Source: an uncultured Rhizobiaceae bacterium (lineage in GTDB: Bacteria; Pseudomonadota; Alphaproteobacteria; UBA828). From it: 64,000 nt of DNA. Location of the stretch: positions 2,692 through 66,691 of the forward strand of contig CAYSDJ010000011.1 of NCBI GenBank assembly GCA_964429775.1, in the 5' to 3' direction. Below, piece after piece: positions 10,942-21,690 of this stretch. Below the pieces are notes generated by a model, which was not told where the DNA came from, made no database searches, and saw nothing but the letters and a program-made list of their open reading frames with translations. A program made the position numbers and the translations under genes. Position 1 is the stretch's first letter, and every line of letters begins with the position of its first letter.

Positions 10942-11940
10942 CTACTGCGCCATATAATCCGTCACCGCGATCTTGCCGCCGATGATGTCTTTGCGCGCGG
11001 CTTCGATCTTCGCTTCCATATCGGAGGAGACGAGATCACGATTATATTCGTCGAGTGCAAAGCCGACGCCATCTTCGGCCAGGCCGAGGACCTTGAATCC
11101 ACCTTGCCAGGTGCCGTTCTTGGCCGACATGAAGGCTTCATAGACGGCCACGTCGACGCGTTTGACCATTGAGGTCAGCATGGTGCCGGGGTGGATGTAG
11201 TTCTGGTTGCTGTCGACGCCGATGGCGAGTTTGCCGGCATCCTTGGCCGCCTGATAGACGCCAACGCCGGTGCCGCCGGCCGCCGCATAGACCACGTCCG
11301 CGCCACGGTCGAACTGGCTGCGCGCCAACTCGCCGCCCTTGGTCGGGTCGTTCCACGCCGAGGGGGTCGTGCCGGTCATGTTTTGAAAGACCTCGATATT
11401 GGCATCGACGTATTTCGCGCCTTCGACATATCCGAGCGCGAATTTACGAATGAGCGGAATATCCATGCCGCCGATGAAGCCGACTTTGCCGGTCTTCGAG
11501 GCCAGCGCTGCCGCCATGCCGACGAGGAACGAGCCTTCATGCTCCTTGAAAATCACCGACTGCACATTCGGTAGATCGACGACCATGTCGATCAAGGTGA
11601 ATTTGGTGTCAGGAAATTCTTTCGCCACCGTCTCGACGGCCGCCGCCTGGGCGAAGCCCATGGCGACAATCACCGTGGCGCCGCGCCGCGCCATGTTGCG
11701 CATGGCCTGCTCGCGCTGGGACGGGTTGGTAACTTCGAACTCGCGGTATGCAACGCCGCTTTCCGATTTAAATTTCTCGGCGCCATTATAGGCGGCTTCA
11801 TTAAAGGACTTGTCGAATTTGCCGCCCATATCGAAGACGATGGCGGGCGCGAAATCATCGGCCGCTGCCGGACCCGTGGCGAATGCGCCGGTGACCGTCA
11901 GAGCCAGCGCGGCAAGCGCGCCGATAAATAGTTTTTTCAT
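10942..11940 (-). CDS. BMP-family (basic membrane protein) ABC substrate-binding lipoprotein, probably nucleoside-binding
   Basis: Signal peptide MKKLFIGALAALALTVTGAFA; BMP/PnrA-like similarity; first gene of the deo operon. Confidence 0.85.
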   Translation of the reverse strand: MKKLFIGALAALALTVTGAFATGPAAADDFAPAIVFDMGGKFDKSFNEAAYNGAEKFKSESGVAYREFEVTNPSQREQAMRNMARRGATVIVAMGFAQAAAVETVAKEFPDTKFTLIDMVVDLPNVQSVIFKEHEGSFLVGMAAALASKTGKVGFIGGMDIPLIRKFALGYVEGAKYVDANIEVFQNMTGTTPSAWNDPTKGGELARSQFDRGADVVYAAAGGTGVGVYQAAKDAGKLAIGVDSNQNYIHPGTMLTSMVKRVDVAVYEAFMSAKNGTWQGGFKVLGLAEDGVGFALDEYNRDLVSSDMEAKIEAARKDIIGGKIAVTDYMAQ

Positions 11941-12031
11941 ATTGCATACCTCCCAGTGTGATCTGTTTTCATTTGTTTAGGCCCTCATGTTAGCGGTGTT
12001 TGTGTGCCTGCCGCCAGTGATATTTCGTTAA

Positions 12032-12868
12032 TTAGAAGCCTCTGAGCGGCATACTGTGATCACGCTGCAGCCAGTTTTCCGGCAGGTAACGGCAGATTCC
12101 GTCAATCAGGTGAAGCGTATAGGCGTGGCGCGACTGGGCCGAGCGGTTGGCGGCGCTGCCGTGGGGAAACATACCGTCAAATATAATGAGGGTTCCCTTG
12201 GCCACTTCGAGCGGTATGAAGTCATCATCAGGCCAGGGCGTATCGTCGTCGATGATGGTTTCGACGCCGCCGCCCGTTGCACGCAGAAATCGCGATCTGA
12301 GGCCCATGCGATGGCCGCCAGGCAGGCCCCAAAGGCAGCCATTGTCGCGCGTCGCATCCTCGAGCGCGAACCACATGCCGAGCACGCGCGAAGGCTCGGT
12401 GTGCAGAAATGTGGCGTCCTGGTGCCACACGACTTCGCCGCCGATGCGCGGCGGTTTGAATATCACCATGGATTGCAGAATGAGCGGCTCGGCGAGGCCG
12501 GCATCGGTGGCGATTTCGGCCAAGCCTGGCTGGCGCGAGAAAGCATCGAACACCGGATCGAGATCATGCATGGCATGGCCGATTTTGTTGAGCGAGCGCA
12601 TTTTGTCGTGGCGCAAATCGCCATTGGCGTCGAACGCATCCTGCTCGAAGAAAAAACGGATTTTGTCGCCTGAACCCAGGAAGTAATCGTCGCTCGTCTG
12701 CTCCTGTTCGACCGTCGAAAAGATGGATTTCTTTGCCGGCGGCTCGAATGCGGCCACCATCTCGGCCGTCCGCGTGACAAGGGCATCACAGTCCGCATGT
12801 GCAGCGAACTTCTCCAGCACGAGAAATCCGTCGCGCCGATAGTCGCTCAGTTGTTGGCTGTTCAGCAT
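12032..12868 (-). CDS. phytanoyl-CoA dioxygenase (PhyH) family Fe(II)/2OG-dependent oxygenase
   Basis: PhyH-family motifs (WHQD...H facial triad, R for 2OG). Confidence 0.75.
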   Translation of the reverse strand: MLNSQQLSDYRRDGFLVLEKFAAHADCDALVTRTAEMVAAFEPPAKKSIFSTVEQEQTSDDYFLGSGDKIRFFFEQDAFDANGDLRHDKMRSLNKIGHAMHDLDPVFDAFSRQPGLAEIATDAGLAEPLILQSMVIFKPPRIGGEVVWHQDATFLHTEPSRVLGMWFALEDATRDNGCLWGLPGGHRMGLRSRFLRATGGGVETIIDDDTPWPDDDFIPLEVAKGTLIIFDGMFPHGSAANRSAQSRHAYTLHLIDGICRYLPENWLQRDHSMPLRGF

Positions 12869-12940
12869 GATAGCGCTCTCGGGTTACGGGGCCGGGCCAT
12901 ATCGTTATACAATCCGGCACCACACGGAAAGGAAATCGTC

Positions 12941-13984
12941 ATGCGGCTTGGTTTGTTTACGGGCTATTCAGGGCCCAAATTTTCTATCGATATGGATATG
13001 GTGCTCGAGGCCGAGCGTCTCGGCTTCGATTCGGTCTGGACCTCGGAGGCCTATGGCTCCGATGCGGTGACGCCCGCTGCCTGGATGCTGGCGCAAACCT
13101 CGCGCATTAATGTCGGCACCGGCATTATCCAAATGCCGGCGCGCACCCCGGCCTGCGCCGCGATGACGGCGATGACCCTGCAGGCGCTTTCCGGCGGCCG
13201 CTTTATTCTCGGCATTGGTCCCTCCGGGCCGCAGGTGATCGAAGGCTGGCACGGCGTTGCTTACGGCCGCCCGCTGACGCGAACGCGCGAATATATCGAT
13301 ATCATCCGCCAGGCGCTGAAGCGCGAAGCACCCGTTACCCATGACGGCTATCACTATCAACTGCCCTACAAGGGCGCGGATGCGAGCGGCCTCGGCAAGC
13401 CGCTTAAGAGCATCCTGCATGGCGACCCGGCCCTGAAGATTTTCACCGCCGCCGTCGCGCCCGCCGGCATCCGCTTGTCCGCCGAAATCGCCGACGGCAT
13501 GTTCCCGATCTTCATGTCGCCCGAGCGCTTCGATGTGTTCGAAGATGATCTCAACGCCGGTTTTGCCAAGGCTGGCAATGGCAAAGGACTCGCTGATTTC
13601 GAAATTGCGCCCATCGTGCCGCTCGCCATGGGCCCGAGCGTCGAAATGTGCCGCCAACCGATCCGGCGCCATCTCGCACTCTATATCGGCGGCATGGGTG
13701 CGCCGGACAAGAATTTCTACAACGACTACGCCAAGCGCCTCGGCTACGAGGCGGCGGCGGTAAAAATTCAGCAGCTCTATCTCACCGGCAAGAAGAAAGA
13801 GGCCGAGGCCGCAGTACCAAAAGAACTGATCGACTCCATCGCACTGGTCGGCCCCAAAGAGCGTATCAAGGAACGCCTCACGGTGTGGAAGGACGCCGCC
13901 AAGGAGGGCAAGGTCTCGTCGCTCCTCTTAAGTGGCGGCGGCGCACCTGATGCGTTTCGCTTCGTGGCCGAGGAAGTGCTTTAG
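12941..13984 (+). CDS. LLM-class (luciferase-like) flavin-dependent oxidoreductase
   Basis: Start chosen at ATG 12941 behind SD AAGGAAA; bacterial luciferase-like TIM-barrel motifs. The upstream 144 nt of the ORF were rejected. Confidence 0.75.
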   Translation: MRLGLFTGYSGPKFSIDMDMVLEAERLGFDSVWTSEAYGSDAVTPAAWMLAQTSRINVGTGIIQMPARTPACAAMTAMTLQALSGGRFILGIGPSGPQVIEGWHGVAYGRPLTRTREYIDIIRQALKREAPVTHDGYHYQLPYKGADASGLGKPLKSILHGDPALKIFTAAVAPAGIRLSAEIADGMFPIFMSPERFDVFEDDLNAGFAKAGNGKGLADFEIAPIVPLAMGPSVEMCRQPIRRHLALYIGGMGAPDKNFYNDYAKRLGYEAAAVKIQQLYLTGKKKEAEAAVPKELIDSIALVGPKERIKERLTVWKDAAKEGKVSSLLLSGGGAPDAFRFVAEEVL

Positions 13985-13985
13985 T

Positions 13986-15452
13986 TCACATCCCGAGCGC
14001 GCCCGGGTTCATCAAACCACGCGGATCAAGGCGCTGCTTGAGCGCGCGGATGTTTGCTTCCGCCAAATACGGATAGAGCTTTCCGCTTTGCATGTGTGTT
14101 GCGCCGAGCTCGGCAAAAAGCGCAATCACATCCTGGCGTATTTCCATTACCGCATGGCGGGCTTCCGGGTTGGCAGGATTCTTGCCATAGCGGGCACGCT
14201 GTTGGTCGCTAACATTATGCAGGTGAAACTGCGAGAGGCGGTCGGGCCAGAAGAATTGCGGCTCGTATAGGATTTGACCGCCGATCAGAACGGTGAGGAA
14301 CGCGACACGAATTTTATGCTGTCGTAATTGCGCCCACTTTTCCTTGAAAAATGTTTCCGTACGTTGAACCAACCGTTCGGCCTCGCCGTGCGGCACGATG
14401 GCGTGGACCGGCAGCCAGTTTTCGCCGTTTGGGCCGAGCAAAGCCTTGATCGGGCGGAACGGCTTGGCGCGGGTGACGCGCGGGATAGTATCGGGAAGCG
14501 GGGCGCCGCCCGCCTCCATGGCACAGGCGGTGAGGTGCGCCACAGCCGCCGAATTATCTTCGACCACGGCATGCAGGGAATATTGCAAATCCTTCATGCG
14601 CGTCACTTGCGCGGCGGTTTTGATCGCCTGGCCAATCCCTTGCGCGCGTGCCACATCGCCCAGTGCCGACATCCCTTCAAATAAGTTGAAGCCGCTCTTT
14701 CCCAGATTGCGGTGGCTCTCTGGATCAAAACCGAAACACTCGGCCAAGCCAGACGTGTTTGCCATAGCGCCCTGGGCACGGAGCAGGTCGGGATAATCGT
14801 CGAAAGCGAATGAGGCGAAGGCGCATTCGCGCGGCACGGGGATGAGTTTCAGGGTGATGGTGGCCTTGATGCCGAGAGCGCCGGCATCGCCGATGAAAGG
14901 CGCGGGATTGCCGGGTTGGAACAGCGTGCCGTCGGCGCCGATAATTTCCAGGCCGAGCACGCTCTCGCACATGCTGCCATGGCTGGCCGAGCCGAAGAAG
15001 GCGGCGTTCTGCGCAGCGCTGCCGCCGATTGTCGCCTGGATACCGGAGAGCGGGCCGAAAAAAGGCGTGCGCAATTTCTGTTCGCTAAGCGTGTCGTAAA
15101 GCTGCTTCCAGGTGCAGCCGGCCTGTGCGGTGACGTATTTCTTATCCGCGTTGATTTCGACAATGCGGTCGAGCCTGCGCATGTCGATGATGACGGAGCG
15201 TTCGCGCGTCGGCACATAGCCCTTCGAATAGGACATGCCGCCGCCGCGCGCGAGGATTGCCAAATCCATTTCCGCCGCCGCACGCACACAAGCGGCCAGC
15301 TCATCCACGTTGCCCGGCTGCAACACCAGTGCGGCGATGGCATCACCGCCGCCGGATATATCGGTGGAAAAATATTCGCGTTGCACCGCGTCTTCGACAA
15401 CATGCTCTGGCCCGATGAGCGCGCGGAAATGCCCGGCAATTTCCGCAGCCAT
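13986..15452 (-). CDS. FAD-linked oxidase (GlcD/FAD_binding_4 family)
   Basis: FAD_binding_4 N-terminal domain plus FAD-oxidase C-terminal fold. Confidence 0.75.
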   Translation of the reverse strand: MAAEIAGHFRALIGPEHVVEDAVQREYFSTDISGGGDAIAALVLQPGNVDELAACVRAAAEMDLAILARGGGMSYSKGYVPTRERSVIIDMRRLDRIVEINADKKYVTAQAGCTWKQLYDTLSEQKLRTPFFGPLSGIQATIGGSAAQNAAFFGSASHGSMCESVLGLEIIGADGTLFQPGNPAPFIGDAGALGIKATITLKLIPVPRECAFASFAFDDYPDLLRAQGAMANTSGLAECFGFDPESHRNLGKSGFNLFEGMSALGDVARAQGIGQAIKTAAQVTRMKDLQYSLHAVVEDNSAAVAHLTACAMEAGGAPLPDTIPRVTRAKPFRPIKALLGPNGENWLPVHAIVPHGEAERLVQRTETFFKEKWAQLRQHKIRVAFLTVLIGGQILYEPQFFWPDRLSQFHLHNVSDQQRARYGKNPANPEARHAVMEIRQDVIALFAELGATHMQSGKLYPYLAEANIRALKQRLDPRGLMNPGALGM

Positions 15453-15455
15453 GTG

Positions 15456-16982
15456 TCAGTCGCTTTCGCGCAAGCTTCGTTTCAATATCTTGCCCGCCGG
15501 GTTGCGCGGCAGGGCGTCGATGAAGGCGATATCCTTTGGCACTTTGTAAGGCGCCAAATTTTCCTTGGCAAAGGCGGTGATGTCTTCAGCACCCGGAGTA
15601 TCCTCATCGACGGCGACGACAAAGGCCTTCACCCGCTCGCCCCAATAGTCATCTTTCACGCCGACCACGGCGGCTTCCGAAATGCCGGCATGTCGGATCA
15701 GCACTTCCTCGATTTCGCGTGGATAGATATTGACGCCGCCGGAGATAATCATGTCCTTCTTGCGGTCGACGAGGAAGACATATCCTTCCTCGTCGCGCCG
15801 CGCCATGTCGCCGGCCGTAACCCAGCCGTCGCGGACGATGGCGGCTGTTTCCTCCGGCTTGCCCCAATAGCCGTTAAAGAGATAGGGCGAGTTGCTGTAA
15901 AGTTCGCCGACCTCGCCTTGGGCGACATCCTGGCCGCCGCCATCGAGCAAACGGATACGGGTGCAGACGAAGGGATGGCCGACGCATTGAATTTTGCGCA
16001 GTTGATCGGGCGGGCGCAGATTGGTGACGATGCCGGCTTCGGTCGAGCCATAGGTTTCGTGCAGCACGCCTTCGCCGAATTGCGCGACGATGGCTTCCTT
16101 GGTCGCCTGCGGCAGGGCTGCGGCATTCGAGATCAGGCTGGTGAGATGGTGCTGGCGGTAGCGCTCAAGGATGGCATTTTCGAGCGCCAGGATTGCGTGG
16201 TAATGGGTCGGCACCATGAAGGTGCCGGTGAACGGTTCCTCATGCAGCCGGCGCATGATCTCTTCCGGATTGAAGGCCGGCAGCACCTCGCAAAAACCGC
16301 CGAGAAAAACGCTGCCCATGGCAAAGGCGAAGCCGCCGCCATGGAAAAAAGGCGCCACGCCGAGATAGCTGTCTTCCGGCCCGTAGCAGCCATATTCCGA
16401 CGCCATGGCGAGAAAGGTCATCACCCGCGAGCGGTGCGAGAGAACGATGCCCTTGGCCTGGCCGGTGGTGCCGGAAGTGTAGGAAATGGCAAACGAGTGG
16501 CGCTCGTCCACCGCCACTTCGGGCGCCTGCGGTTTGGCGCTGGCGATCCAATCTTCATAATCGTCGCCAAGAATAAGCACGCCTACGGGTTTGGCGAGGC
16601 CGGCATCGCGCACGGCCTCCTCCACCGCCGGGTGGGCGATGACGATACGCGCCGCGCAATCCTCGGCGATGGCGGCGATCTCACGCGCCGTCTGGCGTGG
16701 ATTGATGGTGGCGACGGCGACACCCACCTCGGCAAAGCCGGCGACGATCTCGATATATTCGAGGCAGTTGGGCGCCAGCAGCATGACATTGTCGCCAGGC
16801 CTGAGGCCAAGGTCGTGGTGCGCGGCATTGGCGACGCGGTCGATGCGCTCGACTAGCTGGGCATAGCTGAGCTCGCGTGCGCCTTCTCTGAGGGCGACCT
16901 TATTCGGCGTGCGTTCAGCCGAAGTGCGCACGCCGGAGGTAATGGTGACGGGGCGGTAGCTGTTTATCCCGTTGTCGGCCAT
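15456..16982 (-). CDS. AMP-dependent acyl-CoA synthetase/ligase
   Basis: SYTSGTTGQAKG AMP-binding motif, GYWGKPEET, PAGKILKR; start at ATG 16982. Confidence 0.85.
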   Translation of the reverse strand: MADNGINSYRPVTITSGVRTSAERTPNKVALREGARELSYAQLVERIDRVANAAHHDLGLRPGDNVMLLAPNCLEYIEIVAGFAEVGVAVATINPRQTAREIAAIAEDCAARIVIAHPAVEEAVRDAGLAKPVGVLILGDDYEDWIASAKPQAPEVAVDERHSFAISYTSGTTGQAKGIVLSHRSRVMTFLAMASEYGCYGPEDSYLGVAPFFHGGGFAFAMGSVFLGGFCEVLPAFNPEEIMRRLHEEPFTGTFMVPTHYHAILALENAILERYRQHHLTSLISNAAALPQATKEAIVAQFGEGVLHETYGSTEAGIVTNLRPPDQLRKIQCVGHPFVCTRIRLLDGGGQDVAQGEVGELYSNSPYLFNGYWGKPEETAAIVRDGWVTAGDMARRDEEGYVFLVDRKKDMIISGGVNIYPREIEEVLIRHAGISEAAVVGVKDDYWGERVKAFVVAVDEDTPGAEDITAFAKENLAPYKVPKDIAFIDALPRNPAGKILKRSLRESD

Positions 16983-16989
16983 GTTGCGT

Positions 16990-17850
16990 TTAACCGCTTT
17001 CCGGCAGGTTGAAGATGCGCAGTGCATTGCCGCGCATCAGCAGTTCCTTGGCTTCCGATTTGATATCGAGTTCGGCGATCTCCGCCATGGCGCGCTCCGG
17101 ATCAATCACCGGCCAGTCGGTGCCGAACAGCACCTTCTTGCGGCCATAGCTGTTGAGATAATGGACGATCTCGGGCGGCCAATAGCGCGGCGCATAGGCA
17201 TCGACGCCGATAAAAATATTCTCGTGTTTCCACGCCATGGAGATCATCTCTTCCGTCCACGGCACACCAATATGAATGCCCAAGAGGCGCAGCTCGGGAA
17301 AATCGATGGCCACCTGATCGAGGCAGATCGGCCGCCCGACGCTGGGCAGGCGACGCTCACGCGAATAGACCAGATTGTGGCCGACCTGCATCATGATCGG
17401 AATGTCGAGCTCGCAGCATTTGGCGTAATAGGGATAGACCAGGCGGTGGTCGGGCGCCAGGCCGAACCAATGGGGATAGAAATGCGCGCCGACAAAGCCG
17501 AAATCGCGCACCGCTTCTTCCAGATCCCTGAGGCCCTGCATGCCGCGCGTCGGGTCAACGCCGGCGAGGCCGGAGAAGCGGTCGGGATATTGCTGGCAGA
17601 TGTCATGCACGCGGCTATAGGGGATTTCGAACGAGCCCTTGACCATCAAATCGCCGGCGCGCACCGCGATTAAGAGCGAGCGCTGGATGCCGGCGCGGTC
17701 CATGCGGCCGAGATAATTCTCGATCGATACGCCGCCGCGCATCTCCTCGGGCATGCGGATCTGCGCTTTGAAGGTCTCATCCAGGCCGGTCTGGCCGAGC
17801 CGCACTTCCTCCTCGGTGAAGAGATTGACGACAATATCGATGGCGTTCAT
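16990..17850 (-). CDS. amidohydrolase-2 family metal-dependent hydrolase/decarboxylase
   Basis: PF04909-like GTDWP motif; start ATG 17850 behind SD AAGGAG. Confidence 0.75.
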   Translation of the reverse strand: MNAIDIVVNLFTEEEVRLGQTGLDETFKAQIRMPEEMRGGVSIENYLGRMDRAGIQRSLLIAVRAGDLMVKGSFEIPYSRVHDICQQYPDRFSGLAGVDPTRGMQGLRDLEEAVRDFGFVGAHFYPHWFGLAPDHRLVYPYYAKCCELDIPIMMQVGHNLVYSRERRLPSVGRPICLDQVAIDFPELRLLGIHIGVPWTEEMISMAWKHENIFIGVDAYAPRYWPPEIVHYLNSYGRKKVLFGTDWPVIDPERAMAEIAELDIKSEAKELLMRGNALRIFNLPESG

Positions 17851-17863
17851 GTTTTCAGCTCCT

Positions 17864-19690
17864 TCAATCCTCAGCGCCCGCAAAGTCACCTTCGGTCACC
17901 CGCCAGCAGCGGATTTCACGCCCGTCCGGCATGGCGCGAAGTTCCTGTGCCATGTCGGCGCAGGCGTCTTTTTGGCTTGGGCAGCGGCCATAAAGATAGC
18001 ACCCTTTGGGCAGCGACACAGGGCTCGGAATCTCTCCTTCCAGGGTGATGCGCTCAGTGTGGTCGACGCGGCGGTCGGCGATATCGGGGAAAAGGTGCGA
18101 CGCGAGCAGCGCCTTCGAATAGGGATGGCGCGGCTCGGCGAAGACCGCATCCTTATCGCCGACTTCGACGATTTGCCCGAGATACATGACAATCACGCGG
18201 TGGCAGATCACTTTCACCGTGGTCAGATCGTGCGAGATGAAGAGATAGGCGAAGCCGAGCTTGCGCGACAGTTCCATCAACAGCTGGATGATCTCGACCC
18301 GCGTTTCCGGGCTGAGGGCCGAAGTCGGCTCATCGAGAACGATAAATTCGGGATTGGTCGCGATGGCGCGTGCGATCACCACGCGCTGCTGTTGTCCGGC
18401 GCTGAGCTGGCGCGGTTGGTCGTTTCGGAGCGCCGCATCGAGGCCGACCATTTCGAGCAGTTCCGCCACCCGAGTGCGTTTCTCCTGCGGGCTCATGTCG
18501 GTGTGCAGATCGAGCGGTTCGGTTAGCACCTTCTCCACCGTCCAGCGCGGGTTCATCGAATCGAACGGATCCTGAAAAACGATCTGGATCGCCTTGCGGT
18601 AAGGTACGAAGGCTGAGCGTTTGATGGCGCCGAGGGCGGTGTCGTGAAACATAATCTCACCCGCGGTCGGCTCTTCGAGGCGCACCAGACAGCGCCCGAC
18701 GGTGGTCTTGCCCGAGCCGCTTTCGCCGACCAGGCCGATCGCCTCGCCGTGCCTGATATCGAACGACACATCATCGACCGCATGCACCTTCTGGTCGCTG
18801 CCGCGGATGGGGAATTGTTTATAGAGGCCGGCGACGCGGATGATGGTCTCGGCATCGCTGAGCTCGCCGTGATGCGCTTCGCCGGAGGTATCGCCGCCCT
18901 CCTGACGCTGGGTGGTGAGAATGCGCCGGCTGTAATCCTGCTCGGGCGCCTGGAAGAATTGCTGTACCGGCGCCTCTTCAATGATGCGCCCCTCAGCCAT
19001 GATCAACACGCGGTCGCAATAATTGGCGACGATACCGAGGTCCTGGGTGACCAGCAGCACCGCCGAGCCGGTTTCATTCGCCGTCTGCCACATCTGGTCG
19101 AGAAATTGCGCCTGGATGGTGACGTCGAGGCCGCTGGTTGGCTCGTCGGCGATCAGCAAGCGCGGCTTCGAACTCATCGCCATGGCGATCAGCACGCGCT
19201 GGGTCATGCCGCTCGACAGTTCATGCGCGTGCGCCTTGACGCGGCGTTCCGGGTCGTTCATGCCGACCATGCGCAGCATGCTGATAGCGTGCTGCCACGC
19301 CTCTTTCTTGCTCACCTTGTTGTGCGCCCGGTAGACGCGCGAAATCTGGTTGCCGACTGTCAGCATGGGATGGAGCGAGGTGCGTGGGTTTTGTACGATC
19401 AGGCCGATATCCTTGCCACGGATGGCGGCGATCTCGTCATCGTTCATGGCGAGGAGATCCTGGCCGAGAAACTGCACGCTGCCGCCTGAAATCTCGCCGG
19501 GCGGGCGCACCAGGCCCATCAGGGCTATGGCGGCGGTCGATTTGCCGCAACCGGGCTCACCCATGATGCCGACAAATTCGCCTGGCCGGATGATGAGGGA
19601 AAAATCATCGACCGCAACCGTCTCGCCGTCTTCCGTGCCGGCAAAGCGCACCGTCAACCCGGCTGCCTCAAGGATCGGCTCGGTGCTCAT
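17864..19690 (-). CDS. ABC transporter ATP-binding protein, two fused NBDs (DppD/DppF-like)
   Basis: Two Walker A motifs ([18 protein letters not shown]); conserved start [12 protein letters not shown] at ATG 19690 overlaps the permease stop (ATGA). Confidence 0.85.
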   Translation of the reverse strand: MSTEPILEAAGLTVRFAGTEDGETVAVDDFSLIIRPGEFVGIMGEPGCGKSTAAIALMGLVRPPGEISGGSVQFLGQDLLAMNDDEIAAIRGKDIGLIVQNPRTSLHPMLTVGNQISRVYRAHNKVSKKEAWQHAISMLRMVGMNDPERRVKAHAHELSSGMTQRVLIAMAMSSKPRLLIADEPTSGLDVTIQAQFLDQMWQTANETGSAVLLVTQDLGIVANYCDRVLIMAEGRIIEEAPVQQFFQAPEQDYSRRILTTQRQEGGDTSGEAHHGELSDAETIIRVAGLYKQFPIRGSDQKVHAVDDVSFDIRHGEAIGLVGESGSGKTTVGRCLVRLEEPTAGEIMFHDTALGAIKRSAFVPYRKAIQIVFQDPFDSMNPRWTVEKVLTEPLDLHTDMSPQEKRTRVAELLEMVGLDAALRNDQPRQLSAGQQQRVVIARAIATNPEFIVLDEPTSALSPETRVEIIQLLMELSRKLGFAYLFISHDLTTVKVICHRVIVMYLGQIVEVGDKDAVFAEPRHPYSKALLASHLFPDIADRRVDHTERITLEGEIPSPVSLPKGCYLYGRCPSQKDACADMAQELRAMPDGREIRCWRVTEGDFAGAED

Positions 19691-20598
19691 GCTTCGCGGA
19701 ATTTCTGTTCGATGGCATGACCAACGATGGCATAGCCGAACACGGTTATGGTGATGGCCAGGCCGGGAAAAATCGACGGCCACCATTCGCCGAGAATGAG
19801 CTGCTGCGCGCCGATCGAGATCATGATGCCCCATTCGGGCGTCGGCGGGCGTACCCCGGCGCCGACGAAACTGAGGCCCGCTGTCAGGATAATGGCGAAG
19901 CCGACGGTTACCGACAATTGCACCAGCGAAGGCACCAGCGAATTGGGCAGCACATGCTTGACGGCGATCTTGAAGCCGTTATTGCCGACCGCCCACGCCG
20001 CCTGGACATAACCACGCGCGCTCTGGCCCATCACTTCCGAGCGCGTCAGGCGTATGAAGATCGGCGTGTAGACGAGGGCCAGGGCGAGCACCAAATTTCC
20101 GGTCTCGCGCCCGGCGAGCGCGACCAGAATCATCGCCGTGATGAACACCGGAAAGGCCTGCAGCACATCCGAGACGCGCATCATCAGCTCGGTCGCCCAA
20201 TTGCGGTAGAAGCCGGCGATGAGGCCAAGAAAGGTGCCAAGAAAGAGCGAAATCAACGCACCACCGAGGGCAATCGACATATCGGCGCGCGGCGCCGAGA
20301 TCACGCGCGAGAACACATCGAGCCCGGATTGATCGGTGCCGAACCAGTGCGGCGGCTGTTCCAGCTCGCCCGCGACGGCGAGATAGAAGAGGCGCGGCCA
20401 ATCTTCGATGGGTGGCGGCGGCACCGAAATATCGCCGGTCGCCTCCATTGGGTCGTAGGGGCTGATGGCAGCGCCGAAGGCGGCGAGAAAGATGGAAAGC
20501 GCGACGATAGTGCCACCGAAGATGAGATATTTCTTGCCGCTGAATCTGTCGAGGCGGGCAAAGCGCCGGCGTGGGGGAGCGCTCTCAGCGATAGTCAT
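19687..20598 (-). CDS. ABC transporter permease (DppC-like)
   Basis: BPD-transporter inner-membrane fold. Confidence 0.8.
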   Translation of the reverse strand: MTIAESAPPRRRFARLDRFSGKKYLIFGGTIVALSIFLAAFGAAISPYDPMEATGDISVPPPPIEDWPRLFYLAVAGELEQPPHWFGTDQSGLDVFSRVISAPRADMSIALGGALISLFLGTFLGLIAGFYRNWATELMMRVSDVLQAFPVFITAMILVALAGRETGNLVLALALVYTPIFIRLTRSEVMGQSARGYVQAAWAVGNNGFKIAVKHVLPNSLVPSLVQLSVTVGFAIILTAGLSFVGAGVRPPTPEWGIMISIGAQQLILGEWWPSIFPGLAITITVFGYAIVGHAIEQKFREA

Positions 20599-20613
20599 GC
20601 CGGCGCCCCCACA

Positions 20614-21636
20614 TTAATACTGCACCCGGGGATCAAGATAAGCGTGGATGATATCCAGGAGGAGATAGATGAAGAGCGAGAGCAGCGCCACCGTCAGCAC
20701 CACGCCCTGGATCGCCGGATAATCGAACGAGAGGATCGAGCGGATGGCATATTGGCCGATGCCGCTCAGTGAAAACACCAGCTCGACCGTTACCGCCGCG
20801 CTCAGCAGAATCATGTAGAAGATGCCGACCAAGGTGACCGCCGGGGTGAGCGCGGCGCGGAGCGCATAGCGCCCGACTTCTTTCTTGGAGAGGCCGTTGG
20901 CGCGCGCATAGAGGATGTAATCCGAGGCCAGCGCACGCACCATATTCTGGCGCACCATCTTGGTGATGGCGCCCGAGATGACGAACACCAGCGTCGCCAC
21001 CGGCAGCATCAGGTGATAGAGCACCGAAACAAAGACATCGAAGCGCCCAAGCAAGATTGAATCGATCGTCAGGAATCCGGTGATAACGCTTGGCCGCGAC
21101 ATCATCGGATCGATGCTGCCCATCGGCGGCGGCGCCACGCCGAGAACGAAAAAGAAGACGAAGACAAACAGCAGCCCCCACCAATAATCCGGCTGGGCGC
21201 CGGCGAACATGCCCCATATGAGCGCGATCTTGTCGGCGATGCTGCCCGGCTTGGTGGCGCTCGCCATGCCGAGCGGAATGGCGATCAGGAAGGAGAGCAG
21301 CAGGCTGAAGGTGACAAGTTCGAGTGTCACCGGCAGGAAGCGGCCGATCTCGAGAAAGACCGGCTCGTTGGTCACCCACGAGATGCCGAGGCTGGCATCA
21401 ACCAGGCCCGGATCCTCGGAAAAGCCGAGAAAGACCGAGAGCTGTTCGAAGATGGATTTATCGAGGCCCAGCGATTGTTCGGCCTGTTTATAGGCTTCCT
21501 CGCTGGCGTTGAGGCCAACCAGACCGGCAACCGGATCGGCCGGCAGAAGGCGGATCAGGAAAAAAACGACAAGCGAGACGCCAAGCAATTGAAAGAATGC
21601 GATGATGACGCGCCGGAGGATGAAGCGGCCAATCAT
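20614..21636 (-). CDS. ABC transporter permease (DppB-like)
   Basis: BPD-transporter inner-membrane fold. Confidence 0.8.
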   Translation of the reverse strand: MIGRFILRRVIIAFFQLLGVSLVVFFLIRLLPADPVAGLVGLNASEEAYKQAEQSLGLDKSIFEQLSVFLGFSEDPGLVDASLGISWVTNEPVFLEIGRFLPVTLELVTFSLLLSFLIAIPLGMASATKPGSIADKIALIWGMFAGAQPDYWWGLLFVFVFFFVLGVAPPPMGSIDPMMSRPSVITGFLTIDSILLGRFDVFVSVLYHLMLPVATLVFVISGAITKMVRQNMVRALASDYILYARANGLSKKEVGRYALRAALTPAVTLVGIFYMILLSAAVTVELVFSLSGIGQYAIRSILSFDYPAIQGVVLTVALLSLFIYLLLDIIHAYLDPRVQY

Positions 21637-21690
21637 CGGGCAGGCTCTAGCGCACCACGGCGATCAACTTGGCGGCGGGCAGTGACAGGA

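Noticed and set aside
17864-19834. 48-aa N-terminal extension (MGHHDLDRR...) of the Dpp-like ATPase ORF
   Set aside because: It is His/Arg-rich and non-conserved. The ATG at 19690 overlaps the upstream permease stop (ATGA) and begins the canonical ABC N-terminus.
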